Assembly: GCA_963666565.1 (NCBI GenBank)
Contig: OY762911.1
Coordinates: 768,001 to 832,000, forward strand
DNA from: Thermoanaerobaculia bacterium
GTDB taxonomy: Bacteria; Acidobacteriota; Thermoanaerobaculia; Multivoradales; Multivoraceae
Length of the DNA: 64,000 bases
Direction: 5' to 3'
Translations under genes and position numbers: made by a program
Part shown: positions 44,680-54,380 of the stretch, piece by piece
Position numbering within the stretch: position 1 is the stretch's first letter
How the letters are laid out: every line of letters starts with the position of its first letter
The notes under the pieces: generated by a model
Databases searched by the model: none
What the model was told of the DNA's origin: nothing
Seen by the model: only the letters and a program-made list of their open reading frames with translations

Positions 44680-46083
44680 TCATCGCCCTGACGCGATGGT
44701 ATCCGCCAGTCGCAACGCCAGCGCCACGATCGTCAGCGTCGGATTCGCGTACCCGCCGGAAGGAAAGACCGAGGAGCCGGCCACGAACAGGTTCCGGTAG
44801 CCGTGGACCCGACAGTCCCGGTCGACTACGGAATCCGATGGCGTCGCGCCCATCCGCGTCGTTCCCATGAGGTGGCCGCCGCCCGAGACGCCCCGACGGA
44901 GCCTCTCGCTGTCGATCCGCACTCGACCCTTGCCGGTCTCGATCAACGATCGCGCGAGATGCCGCAAGGTCCTTTCGATGCTGAGCAGGTCGTCGGCGCC
45001 GACGAGGCAGTTCACACTCGGCCGATAGAGCCCCGCCCGGTTGCGCTCGCGGGTCAGAAAGACCCGGTTGCTGGGGGCCGGCAACATCTCGCCCCGGACT
45101 TCCGTTCCGTAGTGGAAGAAGGGCTTCCCGTACTTCCAGGACAGGTACTCGACCATCGGGTCATCAGTGGACTTGGAGTAGGACACGACGCTGCATCCCA
45201 GCAGTCCGTGGGCCGCGGCGTGCTCGTCGTCCGCCACGAACGCGTGACGCGCGCGCCCAAACTCTTCCGATGCCCGCCGCTTATAGAGGTCTTCGTCGAG
45301 CACCAGCTCGACAGTACGTCTCAGATGCGGATGCTCCATCAGGAATCTCCCGACGAGCCCGCTCTCGCTGCCGACCGGAACGCCGCCGTCCGGACGCGGC
45401 TGAAGAAGCAGCATCGGGTTGCCGATGCCGCCCGCGGCGAGAACGACCGACTGTCCCGGCTGGATCGCGAGTTGCAGCCTCGCGTCACCCTCATGACGAA
45501 GGCAGGTCAGGCCGCTAACCGCCGACCGTCCCATGTCGGCGTCGAGCGAGAGAACGGATGTCGAGAGCGCAACGTGAATGGTCGGGGAGTCTCGCAGCAG
45601 ATCGAGATATCTGGCGCCAAATCGGGTCGGGCGCAGCCGCGAGTACGGCCTGTAGAGGAACCCGGGAATCCAGGGCTTCTCGGGGTCGAGAATCGAAGGG
45701 CTCCGGTCCAGAATCGGAGCGGCGCGCCGGTAGTAGGGAACCAGCTCCGACCTGGCGATCGGCCAGCGGACGCCGGCGGCAGGGTTGTTGAAGTCCCTCT
45801 CCATCAGGCTCGCGCACCAGCCGCTCCAGACTTGCGAAGTGCCGCCGAGCCCACGAATCGAATGCCGGTCCCACCAGCCGTCACGGAAATGGCCGGTGTT
45901 CCGGGCATTCGGCATGGTCCTGCGCTCCCTGTCGTCGTTCCCCGATTCGAAGAGCAGAACCTTCCGGTTCGCCTCGGCGAGGGTCACGGCCGTCGTGATT
46001 CCCGCCGGCCCGGAACCGATGACGAAGCAGTCGTAGGAGGAGGGGTCCGGAAAGGAGCCGCCCGAAGCGATGAACACGGCCAT
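44680..46083 (-). CDS. GMC family FAD oxidoreductase
   Basis: IGSGPAG, LGGTS..W.G, VG..LMEHP, H.MGTTRMG and NPTLTIVALALRLA. Confidence 0.9.
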   Translation of the reverse strand: MAVFIASGGSFPDPSSYDCFVIGSGPAGITTAVTLAEANRKVLLFESGNDDRERRTMPNARNTGHFRDGWWDRHSIRGLGGTSQVWSGWCASLMERDFNNPAAGVRWPIARSELVPYYRRAAPILDRSPSILDPEKPWIPGFLYRPYSRLRPTRFGARYLDLLRDSPTIHVALSTSVLSLDADMGRSAVSGLTCLRHEGDARLQLAIQPGQSVVLAAGGIGNPMLLLQPRPDGGVPVGSESGLVGRFLMEHPHLRRTVELVLDEDLYKRRASEEFGRARHAFVADDEHAAAHGLLGCSVVSYSKSTDDPMVEYLSWKYGKPFFHYGTEVRGEMLPAPSNRVFLTRERNRAGLYRPSVNCLVGADDLLSIERTLRHLARSLIETGKGRVRIDSERLRRGVSGGGHLMGTTRMGATPSDSVVDRDCRVHGYRNLFVAGSSVFPSGGYANPTLTIVALALRLADTIASGR

Positions 46084-46094
46084 AATGTATCCGC

Positions 46095-47564
46095 ATGAAG
46101 CCGCACCGCGCCGGAAACCGACTGGCCGCGGCGATCCTCGCAGCAGGCCTGTGGACGGCCTGCGCCGAGGCGCCGCCGGTGCACCGCGGGCCCATCGTGC
46201 TGATCACGATCGACGCGCTGCGCGCCGACCTGGCCGGCACCGGCCTGATGCCGCACCTGGACCGGCTGGCGGCCGAGGCCGACTGGGCGGGCACGGCGAT
46301 CGCGTCGTCGAGCTGGACGGTGCCGTCCATGGCGTCCCTGTTCACCGGCCGGCAGCCGTGGCGGCACGGCGGCTGGCACGGCGCCCGCGCCCGCCTGCGC
46401 GACGATCTGCCGACCCTGCCGGAGATCCTGCGCGAACTCGGCTACGAGAACGCGGCCTTCCGCTCGAACCCCTGGCTCGCCAAGGACTTCGGCTACGTCC
46501 GCGGCTTCGACCGCTTCGGACCGGTGAGCCGGATGGAACGGGTGACGGAGGTTCTCTCGACGCTCGACGGCGGACCGCAGTTCGTGTGGATGCACGTCCT
46601 GCCGCCGCACGCGCCCTACCGCCGCCACGACCCGTATCTCGAGCGCCTGGAGGCGCCGCGGGACGACCTGCCGGAACGGATCGCCTCGATCGACATGCGG
46701 CCTTTCGCGGACCCGGACCGGCCCCTCGACGCCGACTTCCGGGAAACGGCCTGGCAGCTCTACCAACTGACCGCGGCGCAGGCGGACAGCGAGGTCGGGC
46801 AGATGCTGGAAGCGCTGCGCGCCAGCGGCCGCTTCGACGACGCCCTGATCGCCGTTACCTCCGACCACGGCGAGGAGTTCGGCGAGAACGGCCAGGTCCT
46901 GCACGGCAACAACCTTCACCGGGTGCTGATCGAGGTGCCGCTGATCGTCAAGCTGCCGGCCGGCTGGCCGCGCGCGCTCGACCCGGGACCGACGGTGGCC
47001 AACCGCCGCCTGTTCTCGACCCTGATCGAGGCCGCCGGCGGCACGCCGCCTCCGGCCAGTCCGCCGAGCCTGTTCGAGCGCAGCGGCGAGGGCGCTTTGT
47101 CCGAGCTCTACCTGGGCAACGGCGTGAACCGCCTGTCCCTGGTGGAGGGCGACCGGCAGTTGCTTTGGACGAGCCGCTTCGCGCCGGCCGAGGAGCGCTA
47201 CCACGACGCGATGCTGACGCTCGCCGGCGGCGAGCCGGAGACGCCGCTGCCGGAGGCGCCGGAGGAAATGACGGCCCGGCTGGAACGGGAGTTCGAGACC
47301 GCGCCGCCGCTGATGGGGGCGCCCGGAACCCGGCCCGCGCTCCAGGCCTTCGAGTGGATGGCCGGCGGCGCGGTCGAGCCAGTCGCCGGAGAGGACCGCT
47401 TCGCGCGCCGCCTGCAGGACCGCTGGCGGGCGGAGAACGGTCCCGACCGGGCCGCCGTTCTCGCCGAGCGCGGCGAGCCTGACATCGGTCCGGAGGAGAT
47501 GGAACGGCTCCGCGCGCTGGGCTACGTGGTGACGTCGCGGAAGCCGCGTGCGGAAGGCGAGTAG
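46095..47564 (+). CDS. Sulfatase-like hydrolase (Ser-type), probable lipoprotein
   Basis: LITIDALRAD, WTVPSMASLFTG, PHAPY, TSDHGEEF, VPLIVK and LRALGY. Confidence 0.88.
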   Translation: MKPHRAGNRLAAAILAAGLWTACAEAPPVHRGPIVLITIDALRADLAGTGLMPHLDRLAAEADWAGTAIASSSWTVPSMASLFTGRQPWRHGGWHGARARLRDDLPTLPEILRELGYENAAFRSNPWLAKDFGYVRGFDRFGPVSRMERVTEVLSTLDGGPQFVWMHVLPPHAPYRRHDPYLERLEAPRDDLPERIASIDMRPFADPDRPLDADFRETAWQLYQLTAAQADSEVGQMLEALRASGRFDDALIAVTSDHGEEFGENGQVLHGNNLHRVLIEVPLIVKLPAGWPRALDPGPTVANRRLFSTLIEAAGGTPPPASPPSLFERSGEGALSELYLGNGVNRLSLVEGDRQLLWTSRFAPAEERYHDAMLTLAGGEPETPLPEAPEEMTARLEREFETAPPLMGAPGTRPALQAFEWMAGGAVEPVAGEDRFARRLQDRWRAENGPDRAAVLAERGEPDIGPEEMERLRALGYVVTSRKPRAEGE

Positions 47565-47569
47565 CCGGC

Positions 47570-47711
47570 GCCGCCTTCGGCGGCAGCGGGTCGGAAGACC
47601 CGCGCACCCGGCGGGTCGGAAGACCCGCGCACCCGGCGGGTCGGAGGACCCGCGCACCCGGCGGGTCGGAAGACCCGCGCACCCAGCGGGTCGGAAGACC
47701 CGCGCACCCGG
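47570..47711. repeat. Tandem array of five 26-bp REP-like units
   Basis: GCGGGTCGGA(A/G)GACCCGCGCACCC(G/A) repeated head to tail, preceded by GCCGCCTTCGGCGGC. Confidence 0.92.
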
Positions 47712-47722
47712 CGACCCGGCGA

Positions 47723-48466
47723 CTACAGCCGCGGCTTGCGGGCGGGCCGCAGCCGGAGGTCACAGACCTCGGCCGACGGCGGCAGCGCGGCGGCGTCGAT
47801 GATCGCGGCCGCCACGTCGGCGGGGTCGAGGAAGCGCTCCGCGTCGTAACGCTGGCCGAAGGCGCGGCAGACCTCCCGTTGCATCCGACCGCGGGTCCGT
47901 CCGGGATAGACGCTCAGCACGCGGACGCCGTCGTCGTTCACTTCGGCGCGCAGACCCTCGGCGATCGCCCGCAGCGCGTGCTTGCTCGCGGCATAGGCCG
48001 CGCTTCCTGCGACGGCGCCGAGGCCCGCCGTCGAGTTGACGAAGACGACCAGGCCGCCTCGGGCGCGGAGGCCCGGCAGCAGGCGCCGGGTCAGAAGGTA
48101 CGGCGCGCGGACGTTGACGGCGAACTGAAGGTCGAGATCGCCGACAGGCGCCGATTCGACCGGGCCCGCACGGAAGGCGCCGGCCGCGTGGACCAGCACG
48201 TCGACACCGTCGCCGAGTTCCGCCGCGGCCGCGCCGGCCGCCTCGGCCGCCTCGGCCGCCGCCTGCCCGGCGAGATCCCCGGCAACCGGGCGGACCCTCG
48301 CGCCGCCCGCCTCGAGTTCGCCCGCCAGCGCCCGCAGCCGCGCCTCGTCCCGGCCCAGGAGCAGGAGGCACGCTCCCTCGCCGGCCAGCGACCGGGCGAC
48401 CGCCCCGCCGATCGCGCCGGTTGCGCCCGCCACCACCGCCACGCGGTCGGCAAACCTGGCCCCCAT
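47723..48466 (-). CDS. SDR family oxidoreductase
   Basis: GATGAIG, VDVLVHAAG, NSTAG and YAASK. Confidence 0.9.
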   Translation of the reverse strand: MGARFADRVAVVAGATGAIGGAVARSLAGEGACLLLLGRDEARLRALAGELEAGGARVRPVAGDLAGQAAAEAAEAAGAAAAELGDGVDVLVHAAGAFRAGPVESAPVGDLDLQFAVNVRAPYLLTRRLLPGLRARGGLVVFVNSTAGLGAVAGSAAYAASKHALRAIAEGLRAEVNDDGVRVLSVYPGRTRGRMQREVCRAFGQRYDAERFLDPADVAAAIIDAAALPPSAEVCDLRLRPARKPRL

Positions 48467-48578
48467 GTCACCCCCGGATCCGTAGCGGGGGCGCGAAGGC
48501 GCCGTTGCGGCGGGACGCACGGATGGAGACACGAAGGCCGGACACGCGCGGAGCTTACCGGGCGCTAAGCTGAGGCCG

Positions 48579-49640
48579 ATGCCGGGGCCGCTTCGCCTGA
48601 CGCTGACGATCCTCGCCTTGGCCGGGGCCTCCGCGACCGCTCTCGCGGCCGGGGGGATCGCCGCCTACCGCGGGTCGGAGTGGGCCTACGTGCAGGCATC
48701 GTCCGAGCGGCCGGTCCTGTGGCTGGGAACCGGACGCTCCGTGGATCTGCCGGCCGCCGCCGGGACGGCCGCCGCGATCCGCTACGACGACCTGGTCCTG
48801 CTCGGCCGGCAGCCCGAAGGCGGCCCGGAATGGGCGGCGGCGGGCGTCGCCGTCCACCGCGACGGACCGCGGCTGCTGCTGGTTGCCGGGCGCGGCGGGG
48901 ACGCGACCGTCCTGCCGCCGCCGGAGCGCGACCGCCCGGCGGCCCTGCTCGCCTCGGCGCGCTGGCTGGCGCGCGGCGGCCCCGAACCGCTGCGCGGCCT
49001 GGCCTGGCTAGAGGCGAACCGTCCCCGCGGCCAGGAAGTCTGGCTGGCGCCCCGGCGCGGCGGCGCCTTCGAGCCCGCCGTCCGACTGGTCGCGGACGGT
49101 CCCGGTTCCCAGACCGCCCTGGACGCGGCGGTGCTGGCCGACGGCGCCTGGCTGCTCGTCTGGTGCGCCTTCGACGGCGAGGACGACGAACTCGTCTGGC
49201 GGCACGGTCGGCCCGGAGGCGACTGGACCGGCGGCCGCGTCTCGCCCGACAACCGCGTGCCCGACATCGCGCCGCGGCTGCTCGTCACGCGGGAGGGCGC
49301 CGCGGTCGCCTGGAGCCGCTACGACGGCCGCGTCTACCGGGTGCGAACGGCGCGCTTCGAGGACGGGCGCTGGAGCGGCGAAGGCTGGGCCGGACCCCCC
49401 GATTCGCTCTACCCCGAATGGGCGGGCGCCGGCGATGCGCTGCTGTACCTCGAAGGCGCGACCCGGACCTGGACCGCCGCGGGGCCGGAGGCGACGGTGC
49501 GCTTCGAGACGGCGACCTCCGCAACGTCGGCGACGCCCGTTATCGACCGCGACCCGGCGTCGGGTCTCCCGCGCGCGCTCTGGCCCGAAGCGTCCGGCTG
49601 GCGAGCCGTGACCGGACGCGAGCCCGGAGTTCGACCGTGA
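48579..49640 (+). CDS. Secreted hypothetical protein (beta-propeller-like repeats)
   Basis: Signal peptide; LVWCAFDGEDDELVW and VAWSRYDG; GTGA overlap with the next gene. Confidence 0.6.
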   Translation: MPGPLRLTLTILALAGASATALAAGGIAAYRGSEWAYVQASSERPVLWLGTGRSVDLPAAAGTAAAIRYDDLVLLGRQPEGGPEWAAAGVAVHRDGPRLLLVAGRGGDATVLPPPERDRPAALLASARWLARGGPEPLRGLAWLEANRPRGQEVWLAPRRGGAFEPAVRLVADGPGSQTALDAAVLADGAWLLVWCAFDGEDDELVWRHGRPGGDWTGGRVSPDNRVPDIAPRLLVTREGAAVAWSRYDGRVYRVRTARFEDGRWSGEGWAGPPDSLYPEWAGAGDALLYLEGATRTWTAAGPEATVRFETATSATSATPVIDRDPASGLPRALWPEASGWRAVTGREPGVRP

Positions 49641-51976
49641 GCAGCGCCGTTCAGGCAATGGCCGCCCGCTTCCAGGCCCTGCTCCGGCGCCGCGAGGGAC
49701 TGTTCGCGAGCCGCCCGACGGTCGTGACTCTCCTGGCCTTGAGCCTGTTCCTGCTCGCGGTGCCGCTCACCATCGGCAAACCCGGCCAGCCGGCGACGCT
49801 CAAGGCGGACGAACCCGCCTACTACCTGATGGCGCTCAGCCTGGCGCGCGACTTCGACCTCCGCTACGAGCCGGCCGACGGCGACCGGCTGCTGGAGGAG
49901 TTCCCCTTCGCCTCCACCCACAACCTGATTCTCATGACCTCGGACGGCTGGGGCACGGCGCACTACGGCAAGCCGCTTCCATACCCGCTGTTCGCGGCGC
50001 CCTTCGCGGCGCTCTTCGGCGCCAACGGAATGGTGTTCCTCAACATGGCGCTGTTCGTCGCGATGGTGTGGCTGGCCGCGACGTTCCTGGCCCGCCGCAC
50101 CGCGCCCGCCGCCGCCGCCGCGTTCGCCTGCGGCCTGCTGCTGCTCTCGGCCTGTTCCCGCTACGTGTTCTGGCTGCAGCCCGAGGTCTTCAACATGTTC
50201 GGCATCTTCGGCGCGCTGTACTGGGGCTTCGAGAACCGGCGGCGGGCGTGGTGGCTGACGGCTCTCTCCGGCGTACTGCTGGCGCTGCCCGTCTACAACA
50301 AGCCGATGTTCGCGGCCGTCGCCCTGCCGCTCGCCGGCGCGTACCTGCTGCGCAGGCAGTGGCGAACGGCCGCGGTCTGGACCGCCGGTTTCGCGGCGAC
50401 CCTGATCCTCCTGGCGGGGATGTCCCAGCGCATGACGGGCCAGCTCCTGCCCTATCTGGGCGCCGACGTGCGGGCCGCCGTGCGAGTGTGCGAACCGGGA
50501 GGCTGGCCGGCCGAGATCGTCGAGGCGCGGCGGATCGAGGAGGCGCGAAGCGCCGGCGCGCCCGATCCGGCGGCCGTCTCGAACCCCGCCAACGTGATCC
50601 CGGAGTCGCCGACCGGCAACGCGTTCACCTGGCTGTTTCGGATTCCGCGCCAGTCGGTGGGGGAAGCGGTCGAAAACGCCGGCTACTTCCTGGTCGGCCG
50701 CCACGCGGGGCTGCTGCCCTACCACCCGTTCGCCGCCATCGCCTTCGGCCTGTTCCTCTTCGGCGGCCGCCGCGACCGGGAGCGCTGGCTGCTGGTCCTG
50801 GCGCTGGCGGTGATCGCCGGCTACTTCCTGCTCTTCATCGGCTGGAACTGGCAGGGCGGCGGCGGCTTCATCGGCAATCGCTACTTCGTCAGCGCGATGC
50901 CGGCCTTCCTCTTCCTCGTGCCGGGCCGGATCCCGCCCTGGACGCTGCCCGCCGGCGGCCTCGCCGCCGGCCTGTTCGCCGGCGCGATGGTGCTGGCGCC
51001 CTTCGGCGTCACCGTGCCGGCGGCGACGCTGCAGGCGCACACGCGGAACGCGCCCCTCCGCTACTTGCCGTTCGAGTTCTCGCTGCGCAACCTGCCCGGC
51101 TACGAGCGGAGGAGCGTCGCCGGCATGAGGATCCTCGGCCGGGCCGACCGGGTGCTGGCGCGCGGCGGCGCCTGGTGGATCGCCGCCCGCGGCCCGAGCG
51201 AGCTGTTCATCGAGTCGCGCCACCGGTTCGACAGCCTGGCGCTGTTCGTAACGTCGCCGGTGGCGGGGAACCGCGTGCGGCTGCGGCTCGACGGCGGCCC
51301 GGCGGTCGACGTCGAGTTCGCCGAGGCCGGCCGGCGGCAGCGGGTGACGCTGCGATCCCGGAAGCCGCACAAGGCGCGGCGGCGCGACGGCCACCGGAGC
51401 TACGTCCACCGCCTGCGCGTCGAGACCGATCGGGGCGCGCCGACCGTGTGGACGCGGGTCCGGCCGCCGGCGCCATGCGCCGTCTACGCCTGGAACCGGC
51501 AGACGGACGAGACCTTCTACCTCGGCGCCGAACTGCGGTTCCTCGGCAGCGAGGAGCACCTGAACGCGGAGGTCTTCGCGGCGCGGATCGGCACCGTCGG
51601 CCTGATGCCGGCCGCGCTTCCGGCCGGAGCGGAGGTCGAACTCCCGGTCGGCGTGACGAACGAATCGCAAGTCGCGTGGCGGCGGCAAGGCTACGTCGGG
51701 GTGAACCTGGCGTCCCGCTGGCGGCGGGGGATTGCGGCGGGCGAAGCTGGCGAACCCGGCCCCCGGATCGCCCCGGAAGGGCGGCGCACCCTGCTGCCGG
51801 AGTTGGCCCCCGGCGCCTTCGAGACGGTCATGCTGCGCGTTCGCGCGCCGGACGAGCCGGGCGACTACACCCTGGAAATCGACCTCGTCTACGAGCACGT
51901 CGCCTGGTTCGAGCAGCGCGGCGTCGCGCCCCTGCGGCTGCCGATCCGGGTGAAGACGCCGGCCGCGAACGAGTAG
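49637..51976 (+). CDS. Polytopic membrane protein, GT-C glycosyltransferase-like, with a C-terminal Ig-like domain
   Basis: ADEPAYY..A.SLA.DFDL; many transmembrane segments; WQGGGG..GNRY; AP..PG.Y.LE.DLV.E.V.WF. Confidence 0.7.
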   Translation: MSSAVQAMAARFQALLRRREGLFASRPTVVTLLALSLFLLAVPLTIGKPGQPATLKADEPAYYLMALSLARDFDLRYEPADGDRLLEEFPFASTHNLILMTSDGWGTAHYGKPLPYPLFAAPFAALFGANGMVFLNMALFVAMVWLAATFLARRTAPAAAAAFACGLLLLSACSRYVFWLQPEVFNMFGIFGALYWGFENRRRAWWLTALSGVLLALPVYNKPMFAAVALPLAGAYLLRRQWRTAAVWTAGFAATLILLAGMSQRMTGQLLPYLGADVRAAVRVCEPGGWPAEIVEARRIEEARSAGAPDPAAVSNPANVIPESPTGNAFTWLFRIPRQSVGEAVENAGYFLVGRHAGLLPYHPFAAIAFGLFLFGGRRDRERWLLVLALAVIAGYFLLFIGWNWQGGGGFIGNRYFVSAMPAFLFLVPGRIPPWTLPAGGLAAGLFAGAMVLAPFGVTVPAATLQAHTRNAPLRYLPFEFSLRNLPGYERRSVAGMRILGRADRVLARGGAWWIAARGPSELFIESRHRFDSLALFVTSPVAGNRVRLRLDGGPAVDVEFAEAGRRQRVTLRSRKPHKARRRDGHRSYVHRLRVETDRGAPTVWTRVRPPAPCAVYAWNRQTDETFYLGAELRFLGSEEHLNAEVFAARIGTVGLMPAALPAGAEVELPVGVTNESQVAWRRQGYVGVNLASRWRRGIAAGEAGEPGPRIAPEGRRTLLPELAPGAFETVMLRVRAPDEPGDYTLEIDLVYEHVAWFEQRGVAPLRLPIRVKTPAANE

Positions 51977-52159
51977 ACACACGGCGAGACGGTCATCGAC
52001 GCGCCTCGCGGGAACCGTACCTGTAATCTCGCTACGACGGAGTTCGATCTGGTCCACTCGTCCAGCCCGCAACCCCGGCGAGCGCCAGGAACTCAGCGCG
52101 TTCCGGCGCCAGTTCTCGCATCTCCACCGCCGGCCGGCCAGAAGGGCCACAACGAACCG

Positions 52160-53353
52160 ATGAACGCTGTCTACTCGGATGCCGAACTTGAGACCATGAT
52201 GGTCGACCTCGAGTCCGACCTTGTGGAGCGCAAACGAACCGGAGCGGACGGCAAGACCATACGCAAGAACATCTGCGCGTTCGCCAACGATGTCCCGGGC
52301 AATCGTCGTCCTGGAGTCATCCTCGTCGGCGTGGAGGATGACGGCGGCTGTTCCAACACACTCATCGACGACGAGTTGCTGACGAGGCTGGCGCAAACTC
52401 GGAGCGACGGCAACATCCAGCCGCTGCCTTCCCTGACCGTGCAGAAGCGGATCCTGAAGGGCTGCGCCGTGGCCGTGGTCTTTGTCGAACCCTCGCAAGA
52501 CCCCCCGGTCCGCTATCGAGGCCGCGTCTGGGTCCGGATCGGTCCCAGCGTGGTCGTAGCGGCGGCGGCCGACGAGCGACGACTCGTAGAGCGACGCCGC
52601 TCCGCCAACGCCCCATTCGATCTTCAGCCCGTTCCCAACGCGACGCCGGCCGATCTCGACCAGAACTACTCTCTTGACAGCTACCTTCCTCTCGCGATCG
52701 CCACCGACGTACTCGAGAAGAACGAGCGTTCCCCTTCTCAGCAGTTGCACTCCCTGCGATTGCTGAGTGGCGGGCGTCCGACATGGGGCGGCCTGCTGGC
52801 CTTCGGCAGAGAGACACAGCACTGGCTGCCTGGAGCCTACGTCCAGTTCCTCCGTATCGACGGCCGTCGCGTCACGGATCCGATCCGCAACCAAAGGACC
52901 TTGTCCGGGCGGCTGAACGACGTCCTCCGTCAGGTGTCCGAGCTTCTGGAGTTGAACATCTCGGTGCGGACGGATATCAGATCGGCGCCGACCGAACTTC
53001 GATCGCCCGACTATCCGATCGAGGCGCTCCGGCAACTGGCCTACAACGCGATCATGCATCGCAGCTACGAGGGAACCAACGCTCCCGTACACATCTACTG
53101 GTACGAGGATCGGGTCGAGATCCAGAATCCGGGCGGGCTCTACGGCGCCGTGACCCCCGACAACGTCTTCGACGGCGTGACCGACTACAGGAATCCGCTG
53201 GTTGCCGAGATCATGCACAATCTCGGGTTCGCACAGCGGTTCGGCTTTGGCGTTCGGCTGGCACGAGACGCACTGAGCGAGAACGGCAATCCCGATCCCG
53301 TGTTCGACTTCCAGCCCGGACACGTCGGCGTGACGGTGAGGGCAGCGACATGA
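52160..53353 (+). CDS. AlbA_2 (Schlafen-like) domain plus HATPase_c_4 (RecG C-terminal-like) protein
   Basis: ESDLVERK, ICAFAND, GVEDDG, ALRQLAYNAIMHRSY, EIQNPGGL and RNPLVAE. Confidence 0.85.
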   Translation: MNAVYSDAELETMMVDLESDLVERKRTGADGKTIRKNICAFANDVPGNRRPGVILVGVEDDGGCSNTLIDDELLTRLAQTRSDGNIQPLPSLTVQKRILKGCAVAVVFVEPSQDPPVRYRGRVWVRIGPSVVVAAAADERRLVERRRSANAPFDLQPVPNATPADLDQNYSLDSYLPLAIATDVLEKNERSPSQQLHSLRLLSGGRPTWGGLLAFGRETQHWLPGAYVQFLRIDGRRVTDPIRNQRTLSGRLNDVLRQVSELLELNISVRTDIRSAPTELRSPDYPIEALRQLAYNAIMHRSYEGTNAPVHIYWYEDRVEIQNPGGLYGAVTPDNVFDGVTDYRNPLVAEIMHNLGFAQRFGFGVRLARDALSENGNPDPVFDFQPGHVGVTVRAAT

Positions 53354-54339
53354 AGACCGTTGCCTTCTTCAACAACAAGGGGGGCGTGGGCAAGACCACG
53401 CTCGTCTACCACCTGGCCTGGATGTACGCGGATCTGGGCGTCAACGTGGTCGCGGCGGATCTCGATCCGCAGGCCAATTTGACGAGCATGTTCCTGAGCG
53501 ACGCCGAGATTGAGCGTCTTTGGCCCGATAGCGGCGACCGCGGAACGATCTTCGGTTCGCTCGTGCCCCTCATCGAGGGCTACGGTGACATCACGCCGCC
53601 CTTGCTACAGGAGCCTACACCGGGTCTGAAGTTGGTCGCGGGCGACCTCGCACTAGCCGAAGCCGAGGACTCGCTCTCCAGCCAGTGGCCCGGTTGCCTG
53701 GACCGGAAACCCAGGGCGTTCCGGGTCCTCTCGGCCCTGTGGCGAATTCTGTGCTTGGCCGCAGACAGAAGTGACGCTGATCTTGTCCTGATAGACGTCG
53801 GGCCGAACCTGGGCGCCTTCAACCGTGCTGCGCTGGTGGCGGCAGACCACGTTGTCGTGCCACTGGCACCGGACCTCTACTCTCTGCAGGGTCTCAGAAA
53901 CCTCGGACCCAAACTCATCAGTTGGCGCGAGGAGTGGGCCGAGCGCAGAGTTCGCAACCCGGTCCGCGATCTCAGGCTTCCGAACGGAGACATGCGGCCG
54001 GCGGGCTACGTCGTCATGCAGCACGCGGTGAGGCTGGATCGACCGGTGAAGGCCTACGCGAAGTGGATGGAACGGATTCCGCGTCAGTATCACGGAGAAG
54101 TGCTCAATGAACCCTTGGACGGCCAAGTCACGATCGAGGCCGACTCCCACTGCCTCGCGACCTTGAAGCACTTCAGAAGCCTGATGCCTTTCGCTCAGGA
54201 GGCTCGCAAACCGATGTTCGCTCTGAGGCCCGCCGACGGCGCCATCGGCGGTCACGTGTATGCCGTTCAGGACTGCTACCGCGATTTCAAGAGGCTGGCG
54301 CTTGCAGTGGCGGAGCGAGTCGGCATCGGAACTCGGTAA
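53350..54339 (+). CDS. ParA/Soj family ATPase (orphan)
   Basis: FFNNKGGVGKTT, DLDPQANLT and LIDVGPNLG; ATGA overlap with the upstream gene. Confidence 0.9.
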   Translation: MKTVAFFNNKGGVGKTTLVYHLAWMYADLGVNVVAADLDPQANLTSMFLSDAEIERLWPDSGDRGTIFGSLVPLIEGYGDITPPLLQEPTPGLKLVAGDLALAEAEDSLSSQWPGCLDRKPRAFRVLSALWRILCLAADRSDADLVLIDVGPNLGAFNRAALVAADHVVVPLAPDLYSLQGLRNLGPKLISWREEWAERRVRNPVRDLRLPNGDMRPAGYVVMQHAVRLDRPVKAYAKWMERIPRQYHGEVLNEPLDGQVTIEADSHCLATLKHFRSLMPFAQEARKPMFALRPADGAIGGHVYAVQDCYRDFKRLALAVAERVGIGTR

Positions 54340-54380
54340 CCAGCTCGGCGCCAATCCTCAATGGAGCGCACCGGCTGTGG

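Noticed and set aside
47570-47711. Possible CRISPR array
   Set aside because: Head-to-tail 26-bp REP units with no spacers
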